Below, one piece after another: positions 27,487 through 37,750 of a stretch of DNA of 64,000 nt (position 1 is the first letter of the stretch; each line of letters opens with the position of its first letter). This DNA comes from Planctomycetota bacterium. Its GTDB lineage: Bacteria > Planctomycetota > Phycisphaerae > WQYP01. A model generated the notes under the pieces. The model ran no database searches and had not been told where the DNA came from. It saw nothing but the letters and a program-made list of their open reading frames with translations. The position numbers and the translations under genes are program-made. The DNA lies in contig JAJZDN010000008.1 in assembly GCA_021805985.1 (NCBI GenBank), positions 26,319 through 90,318 of the forward strand, read 5' to 3'.

Positions 27487-30400
27487 ATGCCCATGCGGTC
27501 AACGTCCAAACGCGCAGTGCCTATCGGTGTGGCGCCCATAGTCTGTCTTCTTATGGCTCTGATTCTGGGGTTTAACACGCTGCCCGCGGCGTTGTCTGCG
27601 GCACCTGCTACGCTGGCGCAGCAGTTTCAATCGCCACCGGCACGGCATCGTTTGTACGTGTGGTGGCATTGGATGGGCCTTACCATCAGCCGGTATGGCA
27701 TTAAGCGCGACCTTACCGCCATGAAAGCCGCTGGTGTTGCGGGGGCAACCATTTGTCCGATAGGCTCGCAGGCGGGGGTTGCAGCCGATATCACCAACTG
27801 TGGAACGCGTAAACCTGTGAAATACTGGAGTCCGCGCTTTTGGCACATGGTGCAATATGCGGTCCATACCGCCAAGGGACTGGGGTTAAAGCTGGGCATG
27901 GAAAACTGCCCCGGCTGGGATGCCAGCGGCGGCCCATGGATCACGCCCGCGCTCTCCATGAAAATGGTGGTATGGAATATCACGACCGTTAAAGGCCCGG
28001 GTGTGGTGCATGTGCAACTCAAGCAGCCGCCAACGCGATTGGGTTTTTACCGCGCTATTGAAGTAGTGGCGCTGCCGGACACGGCCGTGGTGTCACCCGG
28101 AGAAATCAAAAATATTTCGGCCGATATGAAATCCGACGGCCGGCTTGTATGGCAGGCCCCGGCGGGGCGGTGGCGCATCTATCGCATTGGTTATACCTCC
28201 ACCGCCATGACCGACCACCCCGTGCCCGACAGCCTTGTAGGCCCGCATGGAACCGTGCATTCACTGGAGGCCGACAAGCTTAGTGCCAAGGCCGCGGCCT
28301 TCCATATTGAACATGTGATTCACGCAGTGCAGAAGCACCTTGGATCGGCGGTGGGGCATACATTTAATCATCTGCTGTTTGACAGTTATGAGGCTGGTGG
28401 TCAGAACTGGACGAAACATTTTCGTCGCGACTTTATAAAAATGCGTCATTACGATCCGCTGCCGTGGTTGCCGGTATTAAGCGGAGCCATTATTGGCAGC
28501 CCGGAGCTTTCGCAGCGTTTCCGCTATGACATGGCGCGAACGGTTTCCCAACTGTTTGTTAAAAATGATTTTGACGTGTACCGCAAACTCATTGACGCTG
28601 CCCACATGAAAATGTGCTTGGAACCCTACACCGGCCCCTTTAACACCATCGCCGCAGCGGCATCGTGTGATGTAACCATGGGCGAATTTTGGAACGCCAG
28701 CCGCAGTGGCATTGCCGGAAATGTGGCCGGTGCGGCCCGCGCAGATGGCCGCACGCTGGTCGGTGCGGAAACACTCACGGGCGGTCCTGGCTCCAGCCAG
28801 ATGACTGAAACGCCCGCGTTTTTGAAACCGGCACTCGATGGCGGTTTTCTCAGCGGTGTCAATAAGTGTTATCTTCACGATTGGACCCTTCAGGCCCTGA
28901 ACAAAAAATACAAGCCCGGTATCCTCATGGGCTGGTGGGGCACGCACTTTGGTGAAAACCAAACCTGGTTCAAGCCTGGCATTGCTTTTTTTACCTATAT
29001 CAACCGCTGCCAGACGCTGCTGCAGCAAGGCTCCCAGGTGTGCGATATCTGCACGCTCAACAGCGACCCACAGGGGCTTTCCGAAGACGCGTTAAGCCTG
29101 GCACTGTTTGAACAGGCGACGGTGCATAACGGCAAAATCACGCTTCCGGATGGCCGCGCTTATGCGGTGCTGCTGTTGCCGAATTCATCGCAAATGCTGC
29201 CCGCCGTCGCGCAAAAACTTCGGCAACTGATCGCGGCAGGGGCCACGGTCGACGGCCCGCGACCAACCGAGTCGCCCAGTCTTACGGGTTACCCGAAATG
29301 CGACCAGGTCGTTGCAAAAATCGGTAGCGCGGTATGGGGCAATTGCGACGGCGTTCATGTTACAGAGCACCGCTTCGGTAAGGGACAGGTCGTATGGAAT
29401 AAGCCATTGCCCCAAGTGCTTGCCGCGTTGGGAATTCAACCTGATTTTTCGGTACTCGCAGCCGATAAAGGCCCGCTTGTAATCCAATCCGCCATTTATG
29501 CGGCCCCAGGTGCAGGACGACGGGTAAATGTTACATCCGTGGTGCGAAACAACTTGCGGCAAAATAACGGCACCCTTGCGATGCGCGTGGATAATCAGGC
29601 GTTCGGAGGCGATCCGGCATTTGGGCATGTCAAATACCTTACCATCAAATATACGCTCGGCGGAAAGCCTGCGACCGCACGCATCCAGGAAAACAGCATG
29701 CTGGCGATTCCGTTTTTGCCGCTGACCGCCATCCATCGGCATTCGCGGGCGATGGACATTTATTTTGTGGTCAATCGATCTGGCCAGGCGGTCCATGCGG
29801 TGGCATCGTTTCGTATTTCCGGTAAGGTTCCTGAATTGTGGCAACCGGAATCCGGAAAGCGCCTGACCGATGGGGAATTCAGCGAAACTCATGGCCGCAC
29901 CAACGTGCCGCTGAATCTCGGGCCGCAGGCATCTGTATTTGTAGTGTTTCGGCATTCTTCGGCGGGCGTGGATCCGGTGATAGCAGTCAGACGTGATAAC
30001 CAGCCGACGGACAGCACCACCATTCAAATCCACCGCGACGGCCAGTTTGACATGCGGGCAACCCAGCCGGGAAGTTATGAACTGCAATTCGCTTCCGGGC
30101 GCAAAGAGGTGGTGAAAGTATCACCTTTGCCGGCACCGGAATCGCTCACCGGGCCATGGAAGGTCGGCTTTACGCCCGGATGGGGAGCACCGGGACATGT
30201 GGTTTTACAGAACTTAGCGTCGTGGACCGCTTCCAAGAATTCCGGCATCAAGTATTTTTCCGGTACCGGTGTGTACACGCAAACGGTGTCGGTCCCGGCA
30301 AGTTTTATCGGCTCGAAAAAGCGGGTGATTTTGCATCTGGGATCGCTTCATAGTCTGGCTGGGGTCTGGGTGAATGGGCATAATCTGGGCGTGCTGTGGC

Positions 30401-30732
30401 ACGCGCCATTCAAGGTGGATGTCACGTCGGCCATCCGAGCCGGGCGTAACCGCATTCGCATTGCAGTTAGCAACAGCTGGGCTAATCGCCTCATTGGCGA
30501 CCAGCAGCATTCCTCGGGCCTGCATTGGGGTGCCCCCACACCGGGGGGACGGCCCCTGCTTCGGTTTCCTAAGTGGGTGGTAGATGGCACGCGTCGGCCC
30601 TCCAAGGATTGCTATACATTTGAGACTTGGAATTACTATACAAAGAATTCGCAGTTGCATCCGTCAGGATTACTGGGGCCGGTACGGCTGACCGTCGCCG
30701 CCCGTATGCCTGTGTATGAGCGCACACATTGA
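27487..30732 (+). CDS. Secreted glycoside hydrolase (GH2/GH106-like, with a C-terminal GH2-type sugar-binding beta-sandwich)
   Basis: Signal peptide. The N-terminal RHRLYVWWHWMGLTISRYGIKRDL motif is typical of large GH106/GH2-like hydrolases. The C-terminal VWVNGHNLGVLWHAPFKVDVTSAI...RIAVSN matches the GH2 sugar-binding jelly roll. Confidence 0.5.
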   Translation: MPMRSTSKRAVPIGVAPIVCLLMALILGFNTLPAALSAAPATLAQQFQSPPARHRLYVWWHWMGLTISRYGIKRDLTAMKAAGVAGATICPIGSQAGVAADITNCGTRKPVKYWSPRFWHMVQYAVHTAKGLGLKLGMENCPGWDASGGPWITPALSMKMVVWNITTVKGPGVVHVQLKQPPTRLGFYRAIEVVALPDTAVVSPGEIKNISADMKSDGRLVWQAPAGRWRIYRIGYTSTAMTDHPVPDSLVGPHGTVHSLEADKLSAKAAAFHIEHVIHAVQKHLGSAVGHTFNHLLFDSYEAGGQNWTKHFRRDFIKMRHYDPLPWLPVLSGAIIGSPELSQRFRYDMARTVSQLFVKNDFDVYRKLIDAAHMKMCLEPYTGPFNTIAAAASCDVTMGEFWNASRSGIAGNVAGAARADGRTLVGAETLTGGPGSSQMTETPAFLKPALDGGFLSGVNKCYLHDWTLQALNKKYKPGILMGWWGTHFGENQTWFKPGIAFFTYINRCQTLLQQGSQVCDICTLNSDPQGLSEDALSLALFEQATVHNGKITLPDGRAYAVLLLPNSSQMLPAVAQKLRQLIAAGATVDGPRPTESPSLTGYPKCDQVVAKIGSAVWGNCDGVHVTEHRFGKGQVVWNKPLPQVLAALGIQPDFSVLAADKGPLVIQSAIYAAPGAGRRVNVTSVVRNNLRQNNGTLAMRVDNQAFGGDPAFGHVKYLTIKYTLGGKPATARIQENSMLAIPFLPLTAIHRHSRAMDIYFVVNRSGQAVHAVASFRISGKVPELWQPESGKRLTDGEFSETHGRTNVPLNLGPQASVFVVFRHSSAGVDPVIAVRRDNQPTDSTTIQIHRDGQFDMRATQPGSYELQFASGRKEVVKVSPLPAPESLTGPWKVGFTPGWGAPGHVVLQNLASWTASKNSGIKYFSGTGVYTQTVSVPASFIGSKKRVILHLGSLHSLAGVWVNGHNLGVLWHAPFKVDVTSAIRAGRNRIRIAVSNSWANRLIGDQQHSSGLHWGAPTPGGRPLLRFPKWVVDGTRRPSKDCYTFETWNYYTKNSQLHPSGLLGPVRLTVAARMPVYERTH

Positions 30733-31028
30733 AGCCCCCGGGCTATCAATCCCAATGTGCAGGCGGGACAAGGGCACGGGGGAATTACTATACCTACGGC
30801 CAACGGGATCGGACCGCTGATAACGCGGATATGAAGAGCTTGGCGGGGCAAAGGCCGGAATTGCAGCCACCCGGGCAGGCCCTGCACTCAAAGCATAATA
30901 GGACATTTTTTTCCTTGGGCGCTTGCCAGTTTGGCTGTTCCGTGCTATCTAAAGCAGCGGTCCGGGACTCGCTATCCACTGGCAAAAGCCGGGGCGGCCT
31001 GGGTGGATCCTTTGGAAGGAGCCTTTCC

Positions 31029-31487
31029 GTGCGAAAAACTTCTACGTTGTCGGCTGGGTTGGGAACTCTCGCGGCAGTGGCGCTGGCGATTGGTTTAGGC
31101 GGGTGCGCTAAAAATCAAACCCAGATGAACGGCCCGTCGCTCTATGAACAGTTGGGCGGTCAGTCGGGAATTACTACTGTGGTGCATGCGTTTCTGATTA
31201 ATGTCGGGAAGGATCATCGAATCAACGCGGCCTTTGCCCATGCCAATCTTGCTCACTTGCAGACGCAACTTGTGGCTTATATTGGCGAGAAGTCCGGCGG
31301 CCCGCAAATTTACACTGGCCCGGATATGTATCAGGCCCATAAAGGCATGCACATTACCGATGCACAGTGGAACGCCTTTGTCCAGGATCTCGGCACGACA
31401 TTAAAACAGGAGAAGGTGCCGGTACTGGCACAATCCGAGCTTCTGGGAGTTCTTATGCCGAAGAAATCGGAAATTGTCGGGCACTAA
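31029..31487 (+). CDS. Lipoprotein truncated hemoglobin (2/2 Hb, group I)
   Basis: GGAAGGAG RBS 7 nt before a GTG at 31029, then lipobox LGGC. LYEQLGGQSGITTVVHAFLINV...YTGPDMYQAHKGMHITDAQWNAF matches the truncated hemoglobin fold. The ORF track's extension back to 30729 was rejected. Confidence 0.65.
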   Translation: MRKTSTLSAGLGTLAAVALAIGLGGCAKNQTQMNGPSLYEQLGGQSGITTVVHAFLINVGKDHRINAAFAHANLAHLQTQLVAYIGEKSGGPQIYTGPDMYQAHKGMHITDAQWNAFVQDLGTTLKQEKVPVLAQSELLGVLMPKKSEIVGH

Positions 31488-31624
31488 ATTGTATAAAGCC
31501 TGAACAATCAGACTCTTTCAAGGCCGGCCAACTCCGGCCTTTTTTTCTAGGTGGCTTGCTCGTGGCCGGGCTTTTCCGCGGCTTTTATTGGTAAATCATA
31601 GGTTGTTGGGGCTAAAATCGGCTA

Positions 31625-32755
31625 TTGGCGTCGTGGTTAAAATCAGGAAGCAGCGCAACTGAGACCATCATGTTCATGGGGAAAATGTCATTGCGATCAC
31701 GGTACGTGCCGGGCGGACTATATTTTGGCCCACCGGCCTGGGATGCGCCTGTCTGGCCCGCGCGGGACATCGTCGAAAGTTCCCCTCCAACTCTGCTGCC
31801 TGAAAATCCTGAAGCTCTGCGGGAGGTGCTGCAGCGGTTGAATATAGGGCGCCAGGACACCTGGGCACCTGCTCTTCTGGATCAACTTAGGGGCGGGGCC
31901 GTAAGTGATGTGGTACTTAACCTTGTGGCCCCGCAGCCGGAATCCATCCTTCCGCGGGTGTTAAGTGAATTTGAATTGCCCCAACTGGTAACGGGTTTGA
32001 ATCTGGTTCGGCGGTGCGTATCGGCAAACCGGGCCATTCTGGCGATTCCACGGGATGAATCGGAAATCCGGTATCAATGGGGGGCTGTGGCAAAAGGGCA
32101 TCCTTTTGTTGTTCGCCCCCTGATTAATCGGTATCCGCTGGGGCACCCCAGTATTTTGTTGCGCTCTTTGCTGGGCTTGAAAATTCAGCCCTACGCATCG
32201 CCGGCAGATGCGGGTGTTATTCTTCTGGACCCTATGACGTGCTGGATATTAGGCTGCTGGATTGAATTCGGCGGCGTGCCGCAGTGGCGTCCCATAGAGC
32301 TATTCACCCACAACGCCATGCCCCGGCTCATTGCGGCAAATTTGGGACAACCACTGTCGCAGATATTCTCGGATGCCGGGATCATTTATAAAGAGCGGCA
32401 ATGTATCATCAACGGCATGATGGCCGGGGAACTGGCGAACCCGGAACAGACCGTTTTAGAACCGTGGATTCGGATTATCTCGCTGCGGCCGCCACCGCTG
32501 GTTGAGCAAAGCGTTGATTGTATCCGTTGCGGTTGGTGCGTGAACGCCTGCCCCGCAGGCTTGAACCCGGCCGGCCTGATGGCTCAGGTGCGCATGATTG
32601 ATAGTTTGCCCGCGATTTCCGCCCAGGAGGCTTCGGCCTGTATTGATTGCGGCCTGTGCACTTATGTGTGTCCGTCGCGGTTGGCTTTGGCAACGACGAT
32701 TCATTCCTTGAAGACCGGGGATGCCCGGGCGGACACACCGGGAGAGGCGACATGA
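31625..32755 (+). CDS. RnfC-like iron-sulfur protein (two 4Fe-4S ferredoxin motifs, no NADH-binding motif)
   Basis: CIRCGWCVNACP and CIDCGLCTYVCP. The N-terminal region resembles the RnfC/NqrA barrel and SLBB domains but lacks the GGAGFP nucleotide motif. The start is uncertain. Confidence 0.45.
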   Translation: MASWLKSGSSATETIMFMGKMSLRSRYVPGGLYFGPPAWDAPVWPARDIVESSPPTLLPENPEALREVLQRLNIGRQDTWAPALLDQLRGGAVSDVVLNLVAPQPESILPRVLSEFELPQLVTGLNLVRRCVSANRAILAIPRDESEIRYQWGAVAKGHPFVVRPLINRYPLGHPSILLRSLLGLKIQPYASPADAGVILLDPMTCWILGCWIEFGGVPQWRPIELFTHNAMPRLIAANLGQPLSQIFSDAGIIYKERQCIINGMMAGELANPEQTVLEPWIRIISLRPPPLVEQSVDCIRCGWCVNACPAGLNPAGLMAQVRMIDSLPAISAQEASACIDCGLCTYVCPSRLALATTIHSLKTGDARADTPGEAT

Positions 32756-33942
32756 CTGCCAAAGACACGCATATCGGTGACATGCCTGGGCCGGCGGCAC
32801 GTTTGATGGCGCAGCATAATGCCGGGGAGGAAAGGCCTTTTCTTTCGTGGCCGGTAGCGCGTAAGGAATTTTATCAAACGATCAGTGTATCGATGCTCCT
32901 GCCGCTGCTGTGGGGTGTCGCGGTATTTGGATTTCGGGCAGCGGTGATTATTTTGGCTGCTCTGGCGGCGGCGGGTGTCACGCACTATTTATTGGCGCGG
33001 TTTACCAGGCGCGGCAAACTGTTAACGTGGAATCACGCGTTGGCGTACGCGATGATTGCTTCGGGCCTGACCGCACCACTGCTCCCTTGGTATTGGGCAC
33101 CGGTGATGGGGGGAAGCTTAGTGCTGCTCATTTGGATTGCCGGCCTACCGGGAAAACAACGCTTTCATATTGCACTTTTGGCACCTCTGGCTCTAACCGC
33201 GATACTTCTGCCCGCCGGGCGCTGGCCGGTGCTGGTGTTAGATCATCTAACGATCGGCGATATTGATCGGTCCATACCGGCGCAAATATATCGCTGGCCG
33301 CAGCGATCACCGGGCCGGGGCGTCGATGCGGTATTGTTGCCGCGGCCCGAACAGGTTATTCAGCACACATTAGGGAAAATTGCCGGTGATCCGGCGGGGG
33401 TTGAGTCCCGCGTCGCGTTACGAAATATGTTCGCCATGAATTTGCCATCGCCGCCGACGCTGCTGTTGGGTGGCGTTCCGGGGCGCATTGGGACGGTAGG
33501 TATTTTCGCAATTATTATTGCAGGATTGTATTTGTCGTATCGGCATATTCTGCCACCGGATGCGTCGGCATTATTTCTAATTGCGGTATTGGTGGGGTTA
33601 ATTTTTGGGCCGCTGTCACCGCGCGTACTGCACCATGAATTTTGGCAAAGCATCGGCGGGTTGTGGTATCTTCCGCCGGAAAGATCCATCGCGTTATTAT
33701 TTTATGAAATGTGCAGTTCGGATTTTCTTTTTGCGTCAGTATTCATTTTGGCGCTGCCCGGCACATTGCCTATAGAACCGCTGGCTCGGAAAGTGTTTTT
33801 GGTGCTCGCGGGATTAACCGCCGCGCTGTTGCACCGGATTGCCATACCGCTGCCCCCAGCGACCGTAGCATTGCTGCTGTTGCAGCCGATCGCCCCGGCT
33901 TTAGATATGCTGCTGCACCGCCGGCCTTGGCTGCTTGACTGA
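32752..33942 (+). CDS. RnfD/NqrB-like polytopic membrane protein
   Basis: ATGA overlap with the upstream gene. Multiple TM helices with an RnfD-like N-terminal arrangement. Confidence 0.4.
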   Translation: MTAKDTHIGDMPGPAARLMAQHNAGEERPFLSWPVARKEFYQTISVSMLLPLLWGVAVFGFRAAVIILAALAAAGVTHYLLARFTRRGKLLTWNHALAYAMIASGLTAPLLPWYWAPVMGGSLVLLIWIAGLPGKQRFHIALLAPLALTAILLPAGRWPVLVLDHLTIGDIDRSIPAQIYRWPQRSPGRGVDAVLLPRPEQVIQHTLGKIAGDPAGVESRVALRNMFAMNLPSPPTLLLGGVPGRIGTVGIFAIIIAGLYLSYRHILPPDASALFLIAVLVGLIFGPLSPRVLHHEFWQSIGGLWYLPPERSIALLFYEMCSSDFLFASVFILALPGTLPIEPLARKVFLVLAGLTAALLHRIAIPLPPATVALLLLQPIAPALDMLLHRRPWLLD

Positions 33943-34378
33943 ACGAAAATCAGGGAAAGAACCAACTTTGATTCTTTCGTAAATTCATAAATACGAATAT
34001 TCAAAAACGTGATAAAAAAGTTATCAGAAATAATTTTTGATCCGATAACAAAGATGGCTAGAATAAAGGCAGTTGATCAGTGCCGAGCGGCGTATATTCC
34101 AAGTTTTAAGAAACACACCCCCTCGCTCGGGACAGTCAGGTGCAGCATTCGGACGGTCTCGTTGGAAATATCCCGTTTTGGATTTTCCGCACGATTTTGC
34201 CGGGAAAGTTAAATGAAAACGGAGAAGAATTCCCGAACAGGGCGTTTGCCAATCGCCGAAAAGTAGAAGGCGTGTCGGATTTTGTAATCCCGGTAGTTGG
34301 CTAGCGGCATGGTTGTTTCACCTTGCGGCGGAGACAGGCCACATGTTTCTGATGCGACGTGCCGCGTGAGGACAAGGT

Positions 34379-36469
34379 ATGAGAACAATCAGTGATTTGC
34401 AGGATCAGGCCGCCGGCGAGAGTGATATATTCCTGCAAATATTTAATCAAAGTCCGGCCATCGAGTATCTTTTGGACTCCGAGAACGGGCAAATTGTTGA
34501 TGCTAATAATGCCGCCTGCGACTTTTGGGGTTGGTCTCGCCAGCAGTTGAGCGCAATGCGCATTTGGGACATTAACATTGCGGGGCAGAAAATATTGGAG
34601 CAGCAGTTTGCCGAAACCAAGGCAGGCGTCACCAATTTATTCATAGCTCAGCATCGTACCGCCTCGGGTGAGATTCGAAATGTAGAAGTTTATGTCAATC
34701 CGATTGTGCTGAAGGGTCGAAAATTAAATCTGATTATTGCCCATGATGTCACGGATCGCCGGCGGGCGGAAGATTCGCTTCGCCTGGCGCACCGGGCGTT
34801 GGAAGCGGCAACCATTGGCATTTTAATTGCCGATGCGCAACAGCCGGACATGCCGATTTCTTATGTCAACCCCGCCTTTGAAATTCAGACCGGTTACTCT
34901 GAGGCAGAGGTGCTTGGCCACAATTGCCGCTTTCTGCAAGGCACACAACGGGATCAACCGGGACTTGATGAATTACGATCAGCTTTAAAAAAAGGCTGCA
35001 GTTGTGAAGTGATCCTCCAGAACTTTAAGAAAGACGGTACGATGTTCTGGAACCAACTGCATATTGCGCCGCTCCGCAATGACGCCGGCATCATCACTCA
35101 TTTTCTCGGTGCCCAAAAGGACATCTCCGGTCAAATGGCGGTGAGCGCCCGGATGGACCACATGGCCTATTATGATCCATTAACTGAACTGCCTAATCGA
35201 CGGTTGTTTCTGGATCGGCTGACGACGGCTGTAGCCGCAGCGCAAAGAAATAGCGTTTTTGGCGCAGTGGTATTTATTGATCTGGATAATTTTAAAAATC
35301 TCAATGACGCTGAGGGGCATGAAGTTGGCGACGATCTTTTACGGGAAATAGCGAAGCGGCTGGGGCACTTGCTGCGACAGGAGGACACGGTCAGCCGCTC
35401 GGGCGGAGATGAATTTGTCCTGCTGCTTCCGGCGATATCCGATAATTCCGAAATTTCCGCGAACATGGTACAAGTCGTGATCGCGCGCATTCAAAAAGCA
35501 ATTTGTGAGCCTGTGGTGCTCGGAGAGTTACAGCATCACATTACGGCGAGCATCGGCGTGACGCTTTTTCCCAAGGGCGTGGAATCCACATCGGATTTAC
35601 TAAAGCAGGCGGATACAGCCATGTACCGCGCTAAAGCCACCGGACGTAACAGTGTCTGTTACTTCGAACCCGCCATGCAGGCTGCCGTTAGTGCGCGGCT
35701 TACTCTTGAGCAGGATTTGCGTCAGGCGATGGAACGTGAGGATTTCCGCATGTTCCTGCAAGGGCAGGTCAATGCGTCAGGGAAGATTATTGGTGCTGAG
35801 GCGTTAATCCGGTGGCACAATAAAGAAGGGGGGCTGATTTCTCCCATGGCGTTTATTCCTGTGGCGGAAGAAACGGGGCTGATTGTTCCCATGGGAACAT
35901 GGATGCTTAGACAAGCGTGCCGGGCGATTAAAAAATTGGAGCAGGCGGGCAGGCCTATTCGCATCTCCGTGAATGTCAGCCCGCGGCAGTTTCGCGGCCC
36001 GGATTTTCGAGATTGCGTGGCGATGGTACTGCAGGAAACCGGTGCCAATGCCAGTTTGCTAATGCTGGAGATTACCGAGGCGGTGGTTTTTGATAATCTT
36101 AATGAAGCGATTACAAAAATGCAGCAGCTTAAGGCGCTGGGGGTTCACTTTTCCATCGATGATTTTGGTACAGGTTATTCATCGCTGGCGTATCTGAAAA
36201 AGTTGCCGCTGACTGAACTGAAAATTGATAAAAGTTTTATCCAGGACGCCCCGACGGATATGAATGATGCGTCATTGGTTGAAGCCATTTTGGCGGTCGC
36301 TACCCACCACGGGCTACAGGTTGTCGCCGAGGGCGTGGAAACCCTCCAGCATGTTGATTTCCTCAAAGAACGCGGATGCCCGCTGTTTCAAGGGTATTAT
36401 TTCGGCCGCCCTATTCCCGGCGAGGAATTTGTGCAAAAGGTATTGAGTGGTCCTGAGGCCAATAATTAG
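34379..36469 (+). CDS. PAS/PAC-GGDEF-EAL signalling protein (c-di-GMP cyclase/phosphodiesterase)
   Basis: Two PAS-like segments, a GGDEF site RSGGDEF, an EAL site EALIRW and the downstream DDFGTGYSS motif. Confidence 0.9.
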   Translation: MRTISDLQDQAAGESDIFLQIFNQSPAIEYLLDSENGQIVDANNAACDFWGWSRQQLSAMRIWDINIAGQKILEQQFAETKAGVTNLFIAQHRTASGEIRNVEVYVNPIVLKGRKLNLIIAHDVTDRRRAEDSLRLAHRALEAATIGILIADAQQPDMPISYVNPAFEIQTGYSEAEVLGHNCRFLQGTQRDQPGLDELRSALKKGCSCEVILQNFKKDGTMFWNQLHIAPLRNDAGIITHFLGAQKDISGQMAVSARMDHMAYYDPLTELPNRRLFLDRLTTAVAAAQRNSVFGAVVFIDLDNFKNLNDAEGHEVGDDLLREIAKRLGHLLRQEDTVSRSGGDEFVLLLPAISDNSEISANMVQVVIARIQKAICEPVVLGELQHHITASIGVTLFPKGVESTSDLLKQADTAMYRAKATGRNSVCYFEPAMQAAVSARLTLEQDLRQAMEREDFRMFLQGQVNASGKIIGAEALIRWHNKEGGLISPMAFIPVAEETGLIVPMGTWMLRQACRAIKKLEQAGRPIRISVNVSPRQFRGPDFRDCVAMVLQETGANASLLMLEITEAVVFDNLNEAITKMQQLKALGVHFSIDDFGTGYSSLAYLKKLPLTELKIDKSFIQDAPTDMNDASLVEAILAVATHHGLQVVAEGVETLQHVDFLKERGCPLFQGYYFGRPIPGEEFVQKVLSGPEANN

Positions 36470-36658
36470 CGGCAAAATCGGTCTGTACGGCTGCCCGAAA
36501 TATCCCTGAGGGCCAGCCAAAATCAGGCGTAAAAATTTAATAACGCTTTTGCGAATATAACACAGTCAAATACGCTTTTAACTTCGTCAGAATTGGCATA
36601 GAATATTGACTTGAAGAATCAGCTGAAGGCTGGTTGCGCTACGAAAGGGATTCTTGGA

Positions 36659-37705
36659 ATGACCGGCTCACCGGAAATATTTGATTTGACGATAATCGGC
36701 GGTGGCCCGGTAGGGCTATATGCCGCGTATTACGCGGGTCTGCGACAGATGAAAACCAAAATCATCGATTCGCTGGATCAGTTGGGCGGCCAATTAGCCA
36801 CGCTATACCCGGAAAAATATATTTATGACGTCGCCGGATTTCCCCGGGTAATTGCCCGCGATCTGGTCAAAAACCTCATGGAACAGGGATTGCAATATCA
36901 TCCTTCCGTGCATCTATCAGAAACGGTAAAAACGCTCAAACGCCATGAAGCCCTGGATTGCTACATTGTCGGTTCAGAGCATGGGGAACATTACACCAAA
37001 ACTCTGCTGATCTGTGCGGGAGCGGGCGCGTTTCAGCCCCGCAAAGTCATGCTTCCCAATGCTGCAGAATGGGAAAATAGGGGCATTTATTATGCTGTTT
37101 CTTCCAAAGCGACGTTTGCCGACAAGCGGTTATTGATCATCGGCGGCGGCGATTCGGCCTTGGATTGGGCGATGAATCTGTATGGAACCGCCTCGGAAAT
37201 TTCCATTATTCACCGGCGTAATCAATTTCGGGCCCATGAAGACAGCGTGGCCAAGGTTTTGGCTTTGAACATACCAATTTTAACATTTTGGGAATTAAAA
37301 GAGCTGGTAATAGCCGATAATGTTTTAAAGGGTGCCGTTCTGGTCAATAACCAGAGTCAGGAAGAGCGGAAAATATCGGTTGATGCCATACTTCCGCAAC
37401 TGGGTTTTATCAGTTCTTTAGGCGCTATTAAAACTTGGCCTATCAAGCAGGAAGGCCAATCCATTCTGGTCAACCAGCAGATGGAGACCAATATGAAAGG
37501 GATTTTTGCAGCCGGTGATGTTGCGGGATTTTCCGGCAAACTCAAGCTGATCGCCACAGGATTTGGCGAGGCGGCAACGGCGGTAAATTACGCGAAAATC
37601 CAGCTTGACCCGAAAGCCAAGGCCTTTCCTGGACACAGCAGTGAAATGGGCCCTCAAGCGATGACTACCATTGCTGATCCGCAGCAATCTGTAACTGTGC
37701 AATAA
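36659..37705 (+). CDS. Ferredoxin--NADP+ reductase, thioredoxin-reductase-like (YumC type)
   Basis: FAD GxGxxG motif IIGGGPVGLYAAYY, then QLGGQLATLYPEKYIYDVAGFP, which is typical of TrxR-like FNR. A second Rossmann motif IIGGGDSALDWA follows. There is no CxxC, so this is not a true thioredoxin reductase. Confidence 0.7.
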   Translation: MTGSPEIFDLTIIGGGPVGLYAAYYAGLRQMKTKIIDSLDQLGGQLATLYPEKYIYDVAGFPRVIARDLVKNLMEQGLQYHPSVHLSETVKTLKRHEALDCYIVGSEHGEHYTKTLLICAGAGAFQPRKVMLPNAAEWENRGIYYAVSSKATFADKRLLIIGGGDSALDWAMNLYGTASEISIIHRRNQFRAHEDSVAKVLALNIPILTFWELKELVIADNVLKGAVLVNNQSQEERKISVDAILPQLGFISSLGAIKTWPIKQEGQSILVNQQMETNMKGIFAAGDVAGFSGKLKLIATGFGEAATAVNYAKIQLDPKAKAFPGHSSEMGPQAMTTIADPQQSVTVQ

Positions 37706-37750
37706 GTTGGGCGTTTGGTATAACGGTCAGCAAGCTCAGGATGAGCGACT

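Noticed and set aside
30729-31028. N-terminal 100 codons of the 252-aa ORF preceding the truncated hemoglobin domain
   Set aside because: It overlaps the glycoside hydrolase stop and has no RBS. A strong GGAAGGAG RBS and lipoprotein signal begin at the GTG at 31029.
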